64,000 nt of DNA from Asterionella formosa (taxonomy: Eukaryota). Position 1 is the stretch's first letter, and every line of letters begins with the position of its first letter. The stretch is taken from NCBI GenBank assembly GCA_002256025.1, contig NKIB01013024.1:1-64000 (forward strand), in the 5' to 3' direction. Below the pieces are notes generated by a model. The model was not told where the DNA came from. It ran no database searches and worked only from the letters and a program-made list of their open reading frames with translations. Made by a program: the position numbers and the translations under genes. Shown piece after piece: positions 12,816-25,764 of this stretch.

Positions 12816-14337
12816 TTACACATATTGGCCACTATTATGGTGTCTACAGCACAAATCTGCAGGGACTGAACCAGTTAATGAATTGTTGCTCAATCGTAGT
12901 GCACTGAGACTCGTGTAAAGCCCAGGCCATATCTCAGCTGGCACTGTACCTGTGAATTTATTGTTAGAAACAGAAAATTCACTGAGACTTATCAAGAGTC
13001 CAATCTCTGTGGAAATTGTGCCTTTCAATTTATTGGAGGACAAAAATAGTAATATGAGACTTTTCATGAGTCCAATCTCTGTGGGAAGTGTGCCAGTGAA
13101 TTGATTGTAATCCAATAATAGATAATAGAGACTTGTCAAGAGTCCAATCTCTGTGGGAATTGTTCCATTGAAAATACTGAAGGACAAATATAGATTTGTG
13201 AGACTTGTTAAGAGTCCAATTTCTGTGGGTAGTGTGCCAATAAAAGTATTGGAGGAAAAATCTAGATTATTGAGACTTGTCAAGAGTCCAATCTCTGTGG
13301 GAAGTGTGCCAATGAATTTATTCGAGGACAAAGAAAGTTCAACGAGACTTGTCAAGTGTCCAATTTCTGTGGGAAGTGTGCCATTGAATTTATTTTTCTC
13401 CAAAAGTAGATACTTGAGATTTGTCAATTGACCCAATGCACTGGGAATGGTTCCTGTGAGTCTAGCAAATGATAGGTCCAAATAAGTCAATTTCGTCAAT
13501 TTACCCAATGCACTGGAAATAGTTCCACTGACTTTATCGAAACGATAATAATCCAAACTCGTAGTATTTTCAGAAAAAAGTTCTTGTCCAAACAAAACAA
13601 CCACTGATGGGATGGTAGGAAAACTAGTTGGCTTGGTGGTTGGATTGCTCGTGGGTTGGATGGTAGGAAAACTTGTTTGCTTTGTGGTTGGCTTGGTTGT
13701 GGGCTGGATGGTAGGAAAAGTAGTTGGCTGGGTGGTCGGCTTGGTTGTGGGCTGGATGGTAGGAAAAGTAGTTGGCTGGTTGGTTGGCTTGGCTGTGGGC
13801 TGGATGGTAGGAAAACTAATTGATTTTGTTGGCTTGCTCGTGGACTGGATAGTAGGAAAAGTAGTTGGCTGGGTGGTTGGCTTGGTTGTGGTCAGGATGG
13901 TAGGAAAAGTAGTTGGCTTTGTGGTTGGTTTGGTTGTGGACTGTATGGTAGGAAAAGTAGTTGGCTTTGTGGTTGGCTTGGTTGAGGGAAGGATGGTAGG
14001 AAAAGTAGTTGGCTGGATGGTTCGCTTGGTTGTGGGCTGGACGGTAGGAAAAGTAGTGGGCTGGGTGGTTGGCTTGGTTGTGGGTTGGATGGTAGGAAAC
14101 CTAATTGGCTTGGTTGGCTTGTTCTTGCGCTGGATGGAAGGAAAACTATTTGGATTGGTTGTTAGCTTCCTTGTAGCATGGACAAGAAAAACGCCAAGAA
14201 TGTTAGTTCCTGTTTCCGCAAAGCCAATGATAAAAAAGCATGAAGTGAAATAACGGACTTACCGACTTGTCCTGTGCAGTCGAGTGAACCAAGAGCAATG
14301 CCAATGCTACACCAACAAGTGTGTTTCCAATATTCAT
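12816..14337 (-). CDS. Secreted or cell-surface protein: signal peptide, ~11 Pro/Thr-rich 16-aa repeats, ~10 plant-type 24-aa LRRs (spliced; 3' end uncertain)
   Basis: Exon 1 (14337-14263) encodes MNIGNTLVGVALALLLVHSTAQDKS, followed by a GTAAGT donor. The minus frame is open from ~14200 through FPTIQPTTKPTTQPTT repeats into LxxLxxLxLxxNxFxGTLPTEIGL repeats. The exact acceptor is unresolved. Confidence 0.8.
13606..14140. repeat. 48-bp coding minisatellite (mucin-like Pro/Thr stalk)
   Basis: GGATGGTAGGAAAAGTAGTTGGC... recurs with a 45-48 bp period. Confidence 0.95.
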
Positions 14338-14370
14338 TTGTGTTTTGTTTTCTCCGATGTTTTTTACATA

Positions 14371-14711
14371 AGTAGTGGGCTGGGTGATTGGCTTGGTTGT
14401 GGACTGGATGGTAGGAAACCTAATTGGCTTGGTTGGCTTGCTCGTGCGCAGGATGGAAGAAAAACTACCGTAGTTGGATTGGTTGTTAGCTTCCTCGTAG
14501 CATGGACAAGAAAAACGCCAAGAATGTAAGTTCCTGTTTCCGCAAAGCGAATGATAAAAAAGCATGAAGTGAAATAACGGACTTACCGAATTGTCCTATG
14601 CAGTCGAGTGAACCAAAAGCAATGCCAATGCTATACCAACAAGTGTGTTTCCAATATTCATTTGTGTTTTGTTCTCCGATGTTTTTTTACATAAAGTAGT
14701 GGGCTGGGTGG
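14371..14711 (-). pseudogene. 324-bp tandem duplicate of the LRR-gene 5' end plus the start of a third unit
   Basis: 14371-14694 copies 14052-14370. Its signal exon has CAG changed to TAG. A third unit starts at 14695 and is cut by telomeric repeats. Confidence 0.85.
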
Positions 14712-14756
14712 TTAGGGTTAGGGTTAGGGTTAGGGTTAGGGTTAGGGTTAGGGTTA
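14712..14756 (+). repeat. Interstitial telomeric tract (TTAGGG)7 TTA
   Basis: Seven perfect TTAGGG units read directly. Confidence 0.97.
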
Positions 14757-15419
14757 TGATTTTGCTCTACGCCATAACGTATACCGGTATGCCAAGATGT
14801 ACGCTCATTGCTCGTTTTAAAACGTAATATTGAATCTACGTTGCTGTTTGTAGGTTTAAATATAATATTACTACATTCAAAAAGGTATTTATAAAAATCA
14901 GTTCCCGGTACCTGTACCGGTACCGGAGTACCAGAGTGCCGGTATACCGGTACCAGGGTACCTGGTAGCACATAATCTTGGTTCATGATGATGGAAGACA
15001 GGATGAAACGACCAGTACCATGGTAACCAGGTACCTGGTCATGTAACAGGCTCCGTTAGTTAGTACTGATTTTACCTACCGGTATACCGGTAGAGTACAT
15101 CTAATACGTGTGGTTCAAGTTTGGCTGGCGTAATTTTACAAGATCGGGACACTGCAACCGATTTGGAGCAGGTGAGTAAATTCAATTCAACCAATCAGAA
15201 TATGTGTAGTGACGCGGGAACTTACCCTGGAGTCTTTTCGGACAGAGAATTATTCAGCAAAACATACCTACGCAAGACTCTAAGTCTACGTGAGCTTTTT
15301 GCACGTACTAATTCCGATTCCAATTTTTGGCGACTGTTGAAAAAGCCGATCGGGTCGACTTTTTGGAGGAGGATTGCTCTACATCTGTGGGGTTTCATGA
15401 AGATTAAAGTAGATAGCCG

Positions 15420-15662
15420 TGTACCCTATAACGTCAGGAGTTAACTTCTGGAGAGAAACTGCAGTTATCCCTCGTAGATTTTTTAAAAAGCTTATAGCCC
15501 CCTTTTCTGACTATTTTTTGAATAGTTACGATTCCAAAATGGTAAATTGCAGTTTCTCTCCAGAAATGAGGTTCTTACCATATCCGAAGATAGAACATGC
15601 CCCTAAGTCGACCCATGACTGTATCTAAGCATATGCAAAGTGGTCGTATTGGTGACAGCTAA
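15420..15662. repeat. Dispersed repeat with internal inverted repeat (second copy ~60455-60700)
   Basis: TTCTGGAGAGAAACTGCA (15446) and TGCAGTTTCTCTCCAGAA (15548). The downstream ATGACTGT.TCTAAGCATA is shared with the 60.65 kb copy. Confidence 0.75.
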
Positions 15663-15976
15663 TTTTACTTTTATGGCTGTTGCTAACACACGGTGAACCA
15701 AAATGCCAACCAAACAGTGTTTTGGTTTCGGTAACCCTAAAAAGCGATGCTATCGGGAGTGAAAAACCCAATGCAAACGCATTACGTTTAGGGGATTCCG
15801 TGCCCATATCCCAATAAGATACCCAAACGCATTACGTTTAGGTTTTTTTCCAAAGTTACCTAAACGTAGGATTCTATATTGGCTACTTTGAATGTATTCA
15901 CTAGAAACCCAATTATTATTGTCTGGAGAGAGCAACAACAACAAATCATCGCTGATTTCACCACAATCAGCCAACA

Positions 15977-17690
15977 TGTCGTCAAACCCTCGTCATTTCA
16001 CCAACATGGCACACATCATGGATTCATGTGACCATCGCCCACATAACATCGTATCATGGATGTCTAGATGCTAACAATGGTGAGGTAGAACCAGAGAAAT
16101 ACTTCCAGTATCTTCAGTTTTTGTCTGATTTCGGAAGAACTCTACTCATGCCCACTCTAGAAATACAAGGTCTTAACAATGTGCCTCTACCCCCAAGAGT
16201 TAGAGTGAGAGGAAAGAACAAGGTTTGTGAATACATCAACGACGAAGGGCTAATTCAAATGATAACTCCTGTGATATCAAACTGGTATATACTATACATT
16301 TCCAGACCAGCAGCAGCTGAATCAATGTGATTTCAAAAAAATCCGCCGCAGATTTCGACTACCACACAACCAGTTCCTCCAATTTGTTGTTGATGCTAGA
16401 GATTCAAATTGGTTTCCTCGCTGGACTCGACCTGGATGGACTTTTGATGACATTGAGGAGAATACTGGTATCAGTCAAGAAACCCACAGGCAATTCTTCC
16501 ATGCCTTTATTGAAGTTGGAAGTACCATCCTTTACAAAAATATGTTAGACCTCCAACAAACCCATTGGAAGCAGAGCATCACATGTTTGAAATGACACAG
16601 GCAGGTTTCCCTGAATGTCTTGGGTCCACAGATGCTATACATGTGTCTATAGAGCGATGCTTCAATCGGCTTCGGAACCAGCATATATCATCAAAACTTC
16701 CTTGTACAGCCAGGACTTATAATGCTACTGTGAATCATCGCCGGAGGATCCTGTCTAGTACCACAGGGCATCCTGGTTGATGGAATGATAAAACATTAAT
16801 CAACTTTGATACTTTTGCTCGAGGCATCCAGAATGGTGCAGATGCCTTAAAAGATGTGGAGTTTGAGCTAAAAGAAAAAGATCGGAATGGAGCAGTTGTA
16901 TCCATAAAGTATAGTGGATGCTTTTTGATAGTTGACAATGGATATCTAAAATGGTCTACAACAGTGCCTCCAACCTAAAACCCAGAAACTGAACAAGAGC
17001 TTAGATGGTCCGACAAATGGCTTGAGTCACTTAGAAAAGATGTGGAATGTAGGCCTACCTTTGGAATACTCAAGGGATGCTGGCGGATTTTAAAATCAGG
17101 CATCCGAATATATGGAGTAACAGAACCTGACAAGGTGTGGCTAACATGTTGCGCATTCCATAAAATGTTACTTGATATCGATGGCTTAGACGACCTGAAA
17201 TGGCAAAATGGTGTTTTAAGTGACTAGGAAGGAAATCAGGAATCCGAATACATGGAGTAACAGAACCTGACAAGGTGTGGCTAACATGTTGCTCATTCCA
17301 TAAAATGTTACTTGATATTGATGGCTTAGACCTGCAATGGCAAAATGGTGTTTTAAGTGACCGGGAAGGACCGCCCATTAGGCCAATTAAATGGAGCTGA
17401 AGCACCTTTTGCTATTCAAAGGCTAAATGCAGTTGCAAGACCGGCGGTACTTGGATTAGCCAGCTTGCGAACAATTATACCTCTGGAATGAGTCCTGGTA
17501 ATGATGGTGATGGACAAATTCCTGATGCAATTCGCAATTTAGTGCCGGATCCAAATGAAAACTTCAATATTGAAGTGCTAATAAAGAATGTTGATACAGT
17601 TCTAGTGGTCTGGCATTTAAGTTTACAGTTCTTCAAGAGTAAATTCATTGAACATTTTGATATTTCATGGAAACAAAACAAAATTGTTTA
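15977..17690 (+). pseudogene. PIF/Harbinger DDE transposase pseudogene
   Basis: GFPECLGSTDAIH, TGHPG*WNDKT, LIVDNGYLKW, WLESLRKDVEC..FGILKG.WRILK, TCCAFH. Multiple stops and frameshifts; subterminal AAACGCATTACGTTTAGG twice at 15775 and 15825. Confidence 0.9.
17093..17369. repeat. Tandem duplication (140/137 bp) inside the Harbinger transposase
   Basis: AAATCAGG...GGAAGG repeated at 17093 and 17233. Confidence 0.95.
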
Positions 17691-17839
17691 GCGATCACGT
17701 CGTAATGTAAATGATCATCCCTCAACCATAAAGTTATATATTTAGAAAATACAAGAAAAGTAGTATGAGCATAAACTAAGTTAGATTACTGGGCACCAAC
17801 ATCTGTGAATAAAATTTCCACATTCCCATCTTTCATTTG

Positions 17840-18040
17840 TTTCAATACCCGGTCGGAACATGACGTGGCTACAGTGAAACTGTACCTATGACTACGCTGG
17901 TACTGTGAAACTGTAGGTTTTCCCTACCAGCATTCTCTTCTTCCCCTTGTCTCAATACCCGGTCGGAACACGACATGGCTACTGTGAAACTGTACCTATT
18001 ACTTCGCTGGTACTATGAAACTGTAGCTTTGCGCTACCAA
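17840..18040. repeat. Tandem duplication, 110-bp period
   Basis: TCAATACCCGGTCGGAACA...GTGAAACTGTACCTAT occurs twice. Confidence 0.9.
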
Positions 18041-18199
18041 TCTAATGTCTATTCTTACTGAGTATGTCGGTGCTGCATCGCTCTCGATCCAGCACTTGCC
18101 CACTGTCTAATCCTATAGTTGACATTCCATTATCCCTTTCTCCTTCCTTGTTCTGTTACAGTAACCTTTTTCTTGACAACTTGACATTCGAACGCTATT

Positions 18200-19830
18200 G
18201 ATAGTGCAAGAATATATCACTTGTTATCTGGAATGGCAAATGTTCCGAGTCCTACAAGGAATGGAAAGATCTTGGTTGTGAAGGGGATACTAATCACAGA
18301 TTGTTCAATCAGGAAAAACGTGTTTCTATGCATGGCATATTCCATGTCTGTTCGAGAGACAATGGAAGAGTAAGGAATGACTCTAACTCGTTAGATACTT
18401 TGATCATGATGACAAAGGCAAGGAGACGACGAGACTAGCTAGATGACAGTGTCCTGGATTTTGTTCTCAACAAATTCTATGTGGTCCTAGAGTCTGGACT
18501 GTTTAACAAAACATCATTTGAAACTTCAAGGAAATTTCGGAATCATATAGGACCAGCGAAGATTTTATGGAAAACTCACTTTCCTCGAGATTTTAGACTA
18601 GGCCTACATCAGAAAGACAACAATATGCCACCAAATGCAGAAGAAATAGACGATTTCCTATGTTTCATCACTGATTCATTACGGTTAATCAAAACAGTTC
18701 CGAGAATCAGTGATGGATCCGCAATTGACAAAATGAAGAAACATTCTGAACATCCATTGTTAATAACAATGCTCAATTTGTCTATCGAGTGTAGTAAAAA
18801 GGTGGAAGCATGGCAATTGGTGTCGTTGTTACCTGACGTAGAAATTAGTGACTTAGAAAAAAAATCAAATATATCAGATTTGAGTAGGGAACTGTTAGCT
18901 CAATATCATCGGTCTACGGGATTTTAATTGGAACCATTTCGTGATCCAAACAAGTGTTATGAATTGTTTGTTCGTCATGGATTGGGTAAAACGAAAGTTT
19001 TCTTTCAAATTGGCATGATCATTGGTGATACAGATGAACACGACAAAATATGCAATTTTCGAGGAGGGAATGGAAAATACAGACTACATACCTGTAGAGA
19101 CTGTACAGTTACTACTCCGAACTCTGATAATCCGTATGCAAAATGCAAACCATGCCTTGTGAGCTAAACTAAACCATATCTGGAATGTGTTTTGAAAAAC
19201 ATTCATCATTCAGATGAAAAGTTACCAAATTTACCTGATTCCTTTGATATAGAGCGAAGTCGTAGATATGCAACCAAAGATGAATGGTGTCGACAAATAT
19301 CACAAAACACGATTATTCCAGCCCTTTTCTACCACTATTTCGGTGCTGAAAAGCAGGGAGTCCATGGTGCTACCCCTTTCGAAACTCTACACCAATTTTT
19401 CACAGGAATGTTGCCATACATTCTAGAATCTTTGTACAATTACAGAGCATTCACTGAAGTTTGGAAACATTTTTTGAACAAACGAACATGTTCAGATGTA
19501 CCTGAACCAAAAAAAATTAGAAAAAGAGATATCCAAGAAGAAAAAACATGATGGGAGTGGTGGAGAGGAACTACCAATTACTGATGATGATACACGTTCT
19601 GAACAACAACGGTATCTACATTGGCAACAGTCTAGACCGAAGTTGGATAATCAAAATCGTAATATATTTTCAAAAATATCTTTTGAAATGATAGCAAGAT
19701 TCATCAATGCACATCTAGAAAGACAAAGTGATCGTAACATTCCCAAAACATCGTACAGGGCTGGATTAACAGCTTTAACAAAAATGTCAGGACAAGAAAT
19801 TCCCGGATTGATCATAATACTAAAAAAGAT
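18200..19830 (+). pseudogene. Plavaka-like transposase pseudogene
   Basis: HPLLITMLNLS...AWQLVSLLP...YH..., MIIGDTDEHDKIC...CRDC, GVHGATPFETLHQFFTG and ERQSDRNIPK motifs; several stops and frameshifts. Confidence 0.7.
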
Positions 19831-20260
19831 AGTCGGAGTAATAAGCAAGCAACAGAACACCATATGTTCATGACTGCTGCTACTGCAGCGGGACAGTAAA
19901 TCATCATAGTTTTAGGACTGTATGATCGTAAAACTGAAAAGCGGTAGTCGGAGTAGTAAGCGAGCAACAGAACACCTTATGTTCAGGACTGTTGCTACTA
20001 CCGTGGGACAGTAAAGCATCATAGTATCAGGATTGTATAATCGTATAATTGAAAATAAGATATGCTATTACTCAAACTCGGTTCTGATTTTGTATATGAT
20101 AATGTAAATAGCACTGTTGGTCATTTGGTATCATCATATGTAGACAGCGTAAAATATTATTTGTAGTGGCTGATGATTCATTTCATTGTAACTAGCAACA
20201 CCTGAATTTAAGATCATCGAACTTTAAGGAAGACAACGACAACAGGTATCTAGTAGTACA

Positions 20261-21225
20261 ATGTCTTCAAGAAACCATAAAGAGGTTCATGGAAACAAAC
20301 GACATGTGGCAAATACTGCCGGTATGGATCAAAGAAGCAAGTTCCAAAATGAGTTAACAAAGAAAAAGCGAACAGGCGATTATCCAAAGCAACCCAATTG
20401 GCGATTGGGAGACGTTGGAGGTAATACCCCATCGTCGATGGGGACACCATCAGCTACTAGTACAAAGGATCCCGTAATTGATACTGACAGCAATGATGAC
20501 ATTTCTACTTCAGTTATTGATACAAGAAAAATGGCTCCTGTCGATGATACCATTAATTACTCCCGGATGCAGATGGATGACATGGAACCATATCATAAAT
20601 TTTCTTATCGCACAGACCAACAAGTACATGACAATCTGAGGGAAAAACATTTTGCACTTGCCAAAGGATATTATCAATTGATCAATGAACTCAATCACTA
20701 CAAAGGTCGTAATTCGATTCAAAAACCGTCCATATGAGGTTATCAAGACTCTTCAATTTCAGCGGCCTTATCAGAACGTCGTTCTCGCTTAGCTAAAATT
20801 GAACCGATCCATCAATTGTCACAAAGATTGTGAGTTTTATTTAAGACCAAGAAGTTTTGCTGTGAACATGTAAGTTTGATGTTATAGTTCGTGAATTGCA
20901 GGTACTGTAAAACAGAATATCAATCTAATGTGCTTTTTTCTGTTCCCAAAAGAGAATCAAACATCCCGCCCTATCTGGTCCAAGTAGTATGAAAGGCATT
21001 TCCAATCACAAACAGGATTGGTTTGCCGAATGTTGCCTAACTCGGCTATACACAAAAGTGAAACCGGAGTTAGGCAAAGAAGTGGAGAGTGACCCAGAGC
21101 TTGCCGATTTCATATGGAATGGTTCTGATGCACTACTTCCAATGAATCAGACCATTGAACATACCAACAAGGCACGTTTAGATTACATCAAATATACCTT
21201 CTCATATTATTTTCACTTGTCGTGA
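20261..21225 (+). pseudogene. Unknown accessory ORF following the Plavaka-like transposase (spliced, disrupted)
   Basis: 158-aa ORF continuing past a TGA, a candidate GTGAGT...CAG intron at ~20831-20901, then DWFAECCLTRLY...; lies between repeat C and repeat B. Confidence 0.4.
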
Positions 21226-23049
21226 TTGCCCGATGTAAATTATAACTACAATGCATCCTAAAATCAGCTAAACTATATGCTATCATTTGAATTGTTTCAT
21301 CGTATATCTATCTTAAGCATGATCATATTTCTAATTACAAGGATTGTTAAAAAAGGATTGGAATGGATCTTAATTTAACCATCAAATTTAGCACTGCTAT
21401 CTATCATTTTACAGGCCAGCGACCCGACGTCTCTCTCTACTTGGCTCAATATATATTGTTCCTGTCTTGCCCTTTCCTTCCTCTTTTCTGAATCTTGCGA
21501 CATGCAGTGCTTTGTGTCTCGTATTTCTCCCTACATTTAGTGACGCTCTGAACTCACCGACTATTCTGTTGTTTGATTTGTTTTATTGTCCTATGCAGTA
21601 ACAGTAACAATGAGAAGGAATGATTTGTTAGCTAGTCATGTTACATTGACACAACGACACACAATACCATCGTATCCTCTTGCTTCACTTACCACAAATC
21701 AATGCAACTGATGCATAAGTCTGTAATAGTAACTTGTCAGTAAGCCAAATTCTTGAATAAGTAAGTTTCGGGTATCCAAGCAATGTTGTCGAATAAAACT
21801 CACCGGTTCATTTTTGTCAGCTTAACTTTGAGAGAAGGTAAACGTTTTGTCAGTTTTGTTCCAACAGAAGTGAATAGGTCCAACGAGCGACAAGAGCACT
21901 TACGCAATTTGGTTTTGTTTTACATTGGTGCTCCCCAACAAGCGAAATGAGCTGTTAAATCGACTGAGAAAAAAGGAAATGTGCGTTTAGTTGCTGTGCG
22001 ACATTGGAATCAGCTATTGATTGAATAATGGTTCTGGTACCCTCATAAATATTTTACACTTTGGAGTGGCGAGAACATATGTGTGGGACAAGCTACACTA
22101 CGTACATATGAGCTATATAAATATAGCGGTCCCTTTGTGGAAAGTATATGTGTGGCAATGGGGTCAGGCTGTCATATATAGTGACTCTGATGTTGCCAAT
22201 AAAGAGATTTCTTAAAACAATGGGATAGGCAGTACAATGTTATTAAGCAAAGTTATGATTGTTTTTTCGAACCCCCTGCAATTCAAGGTTCATGTGATGC
22301 TACTATTTCCTGAATGAAATGAAGCAACTTCCTGATTAGTGATGTTGCGGCTCTAATTCTGCAGCATACAAACAAGCTCGCCAATAGCTAGTCAATGAGA
22401 ATGGAAGACCCATGATTAAGGCCATGAGCAACAAACTGCGCCGCCATCTGGTCCATCTTCACTTTGATCCACATCTCATCTTGAAGAACAGATTCGAAAT
22501 ATGGATCGATGTTCGCAATGGGCGAATTATGATCAAAAGGTATTGTTATCTTCTTGATTTCGGTTGGAATTGGAATTGGGTATGGCTTCAATGCATCGTT
22601 CTCCAATTCTGTCGTATAAATTGACCAAAGCTTTTGATTTCGAGAAACAAACAAACAAACAAACAATCAAACTTCGCCAGCATAATTCCCCATCAATATC
22701 GAGACCCTATCATTCGTTATAAGACTGAGATCATCGTCGTCCCCGTAAGAAGGTAGCTCTTAAGGGATTCAACGAACGCACATGGCTTGTAAGAAACTCG
22801 ATTACTGATATGCGAATGGAGAGATAATGACGAATACTACCAGTACAAGAATTGGATCAAAGCATGTAACGGTAGAGCATTCAAATTCGAATGGCAACAA
22901 GGAACGCACCGTTGTTGCACAGAATTCATTCTGATAGCATTGTCGGGTACAAGGTTTACATACACGTAAGTTGATCTGTGTAAAGTCATAACCTTCGCTA
23001 AAACAATAATTGATCAAAGAGCAACAGCTATTGATCAATCAAACAACGT

Positions 23050-23405
23050 ATCAATATATCAAAGCATTTGGTTAGCATATTAAATTTGATAACTAATATA
23101 TATGACTTCTATCTATGCATAACCTGACATGTGTAAGAAAATAATCTGACAAACAAATTTGATTGACCACACCGACATGGTCATTGATATATCAAAATTA
23201 TCATCAACATAACAAAACATTTGATCAATATATCAACAATTTTGGTTAACCGATTAGATTTGGTAACTAGTATATACAAGTTCTTATATACACATAACCT
23301 AACATGTGTATGCTAGTAACCTAACGTACATATTTGATTGATCATACAGACACCAGGGCTTGTGATATATCAAAATTATCATCAACATGTCAAAATATTT
23401 GAATA
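23050..23405. repeat. Degenerate AT-rich tandem repeat (~175 bp, 2 copies)
   Basis: ATCAATATATCAA...CATAACCT.ACATGTGTA...TGATATATCAAAATTATCATCAACAT occurs twice. Confidence 0.85.
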
Positions 23406-23774
23406 ATCAATCAGTTTTTTTAACGTATGCTGAGTAAAAAGTTAAATCTAATGGAAAATTTAATCACAGAGAATGTTATAGTTATGATAGTGGCCTTTTG
23501 TATTTTGTTTCCCGCAAATATTTGACTGGCCGACCGATATGAAACAGCAGTTGGCGATATGTACATTTATGCAATGGATATGCGCATGTAAAATTGGTTT
23601 CGATTAATTTATTTAGATGCTAATAATTTAATCACAGAAACCGAGCATATGTTCAGGTCTAAGTATCTCATAAATAACGCATTTTTCAGAGTAAGCCGAC
23701 CCTCACGTAGAAAATTGGTAAGTAGGCTACATAATCCTTCATATTCGAACATTAAAGTCACTGGTGGTGCCGGC

Positions 23775-23810
23775 AAATCGATGCAACTGTTACGCACTAG
23801 ATAGAGGGAG
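23775..23810. mobile_element. Orphan right TIR of a mariner/Stowaway-like element
   Basis: ATCGATGCAACTGTTAC(GCA)CTAGATAGAGGGAG followed by TA; approximately the reverse complement of the TIR at 23954. Confidence 0.7.
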
Positions 23811-23953
23811 TACAAAGGATCAATAGTTTTCTATCTAATACACAAAATCGAGCATATTAAAGACTCAGTACATACCGGTACTCAATAAAAATAGAGGATA
23901 CATACGCTTTTGAAAGTACTGGTATATAATCATCCGCATAACGGTACCTGGTA

Positions 23954-25764
23954 CTCCCTCTGTCTAGTAACAGTTGCATCGATTCTCCGGTAAGTTCAAT
24001 ACATATAGAACCATTAATAACCAGTGCTAGTATATTTATATAAGAGGGAACGTCTTTTGATCTAATGCAGCCGAGCAAAATGGCGCCAGAGACGAAAACA
24101 CCCTTATCATTACACCCTACCGTTAAAAAAGATCATCCAGAAATGTGCTAGCCAACTCAATTGCTCCTTCCCCAGCTGCTAACAACCTATCAGGTAAAAT
24201 TTCCGCCCGTTCCGGAGCCGCCTTCCCAATGTGAGGTATATTATAATTGTTGTCGCCATTAACCAAAATAATCTCTCCCAAGCAACCCTGTAATGTTAAG
24301 AAAGAACAATTTAATTTGGTTGGTTTAAAAAAACGAATGCTGCCTGCAATGCCTCTATCAAACCGTCGATGTGAGTCCCATTGACCTGACTGTAATGCCC
24401 TAAAAAAGGATAGATCGTTGATATTCAAATCCGGACTGTTCGCTGGTTGCTTAGTCAATCGAATATCCCATTCTTCATCTGTTGCAGCTGCTACAAAGGG
24501 AGCAAAATCGGAACCAAAATGTGTTGAAGCATTGTCGTGCTGTAGATATGTTCGTTTGTTTCCATCAGGCCACTTCGCTTTTATCATAGGTAAAACATTA
24601 TCAACAATCATGTCAGCATAAGACTGTTTTGTCACTGCCTGGGAGTGACTTTGTTTCCACTGTCCCTGCCGGTCGATAAATTGAACTTCTTTGCGCTGCT
24701 ACTTGGTGCACAAATGGCCAAATTCCAAAATTTTCGTCGTCAAAACGCGGACGTGTCACAGCAGAAAGGAGCATGACCATTTCGATATGCTCCTAATGTT
24801 TTGTCCGCCTTGTGGGAGCCTCTTCTCCATGAGCCAGATATATTTTCAACTTTCCTTCTCAAACAAAGAACCACTTTTCATCTCTATGTACTACCTGGTT
24901 GTAGAAGCCATCATAGTAACCAAACAGTCCCGGATCAAAATCAATGTCAGGGGAAGTCAAGGATGTTCTTGATCTGGATAGTTCAATTCTAAATGATTAA
25001 CACAATACATAAAACGACTTATATTACCCTCCTCTGAAAGCATCGGCTTGACTGCATTGTGTGCGGTCGTATTATATTCTCTCTGTTATACTTTGTAATC
25101 CAAAAAACTGTTGACTTGGGAAGGGCAAGAGCAGCTGCTAATTTACGATACGTAGAACGCTTGCGATATGGAATACCTCTAATCGCTGCAATTATTTCTT
25201 CACGTGGGTATTTGCGAGTATACCCAGTCAATAATTTGCGGGAAAGCGATGCAAACACGTAAGTATCATCATTATAATACTAGGATTCGAGCGCGCGGTT
25301 CCAAATACGTTGTATAGTTGGTTTATCAACTTTGAACCAGCCCGCCAAAAATTTAACGGTTCCACGCACTAAAATGAGCCAACCATCTATTTCGTCCCCT
25401 CCATCAGGTCCTTTTTGGAGGTTCCGTAAACCATAATCCAACACGAGTTGACGCTCTTCTGGTCGTGTTAGATCCTTTCTGATGTGCTTGTTGAGAAGAG
25501 GTGGTGGCAAGATAAAAAGGGGGGTCAGGCATCTGCATTTCGCTTGAGATGAGCAAAAGTGGAAGTCGAAAAAGCCGGAAAAAAAAACGTTTTTTTCAAA
25601 TGTAGTTGCCCATTTTAATTTTTCTATATAATATATATACATGGATCCGTAGCTTAGAGCAAGCTGTACCATAGGGCTATTGAGGCGGAGAAAGTCGTAG
25701 GAATCAAAATGGCCCCGGATAAATTTGAATTTTCGATGTAACTGTTACTAGACAGAGGGCGGAG
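23954..25764 (-). mobile_element. DD39D mariner-like DNA transposon with both TIRs and TA TSD; transposase disrupted
   Basis: TIR CTCCCTCTGTCTAGTAACAGTT(G/A)CATCGA at both ends (3-bp insertion in the right copy), TA at 23952 and 25765. DEKWF, QHDNASTH and QPANSPDLNIND motifs, with 39 residues between the last two catalytic Asp. Confidence 0.95.

Noticed and set aside
12900..13530. Conserved-plus-variable 72-bp periodicity resembling a CRISPR array
   Set aside because: The period is exactly 24 codons of an LRR reading frame, the 'spacers' are homologous to each other, the context is eukaryotic and there are no cas genes.
13612..14253. 213-aa Val/Gly/Trp-rich plus-strand ORF
   Set aside because: It is the antisense shadow of the Pro/Thr repeat, which is in frame with the LRRs on the minus strand.
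14645..14986. ORFs with VRVRVR and NPNPNP tracts
   Set aside because: They are translations of the telomeric repeat.
22330..23040. Gene-like minus-strand fragments
   Set aside because: They are short, interrupted by stops and an AAAC microsatellite, and have no recognisable motif.
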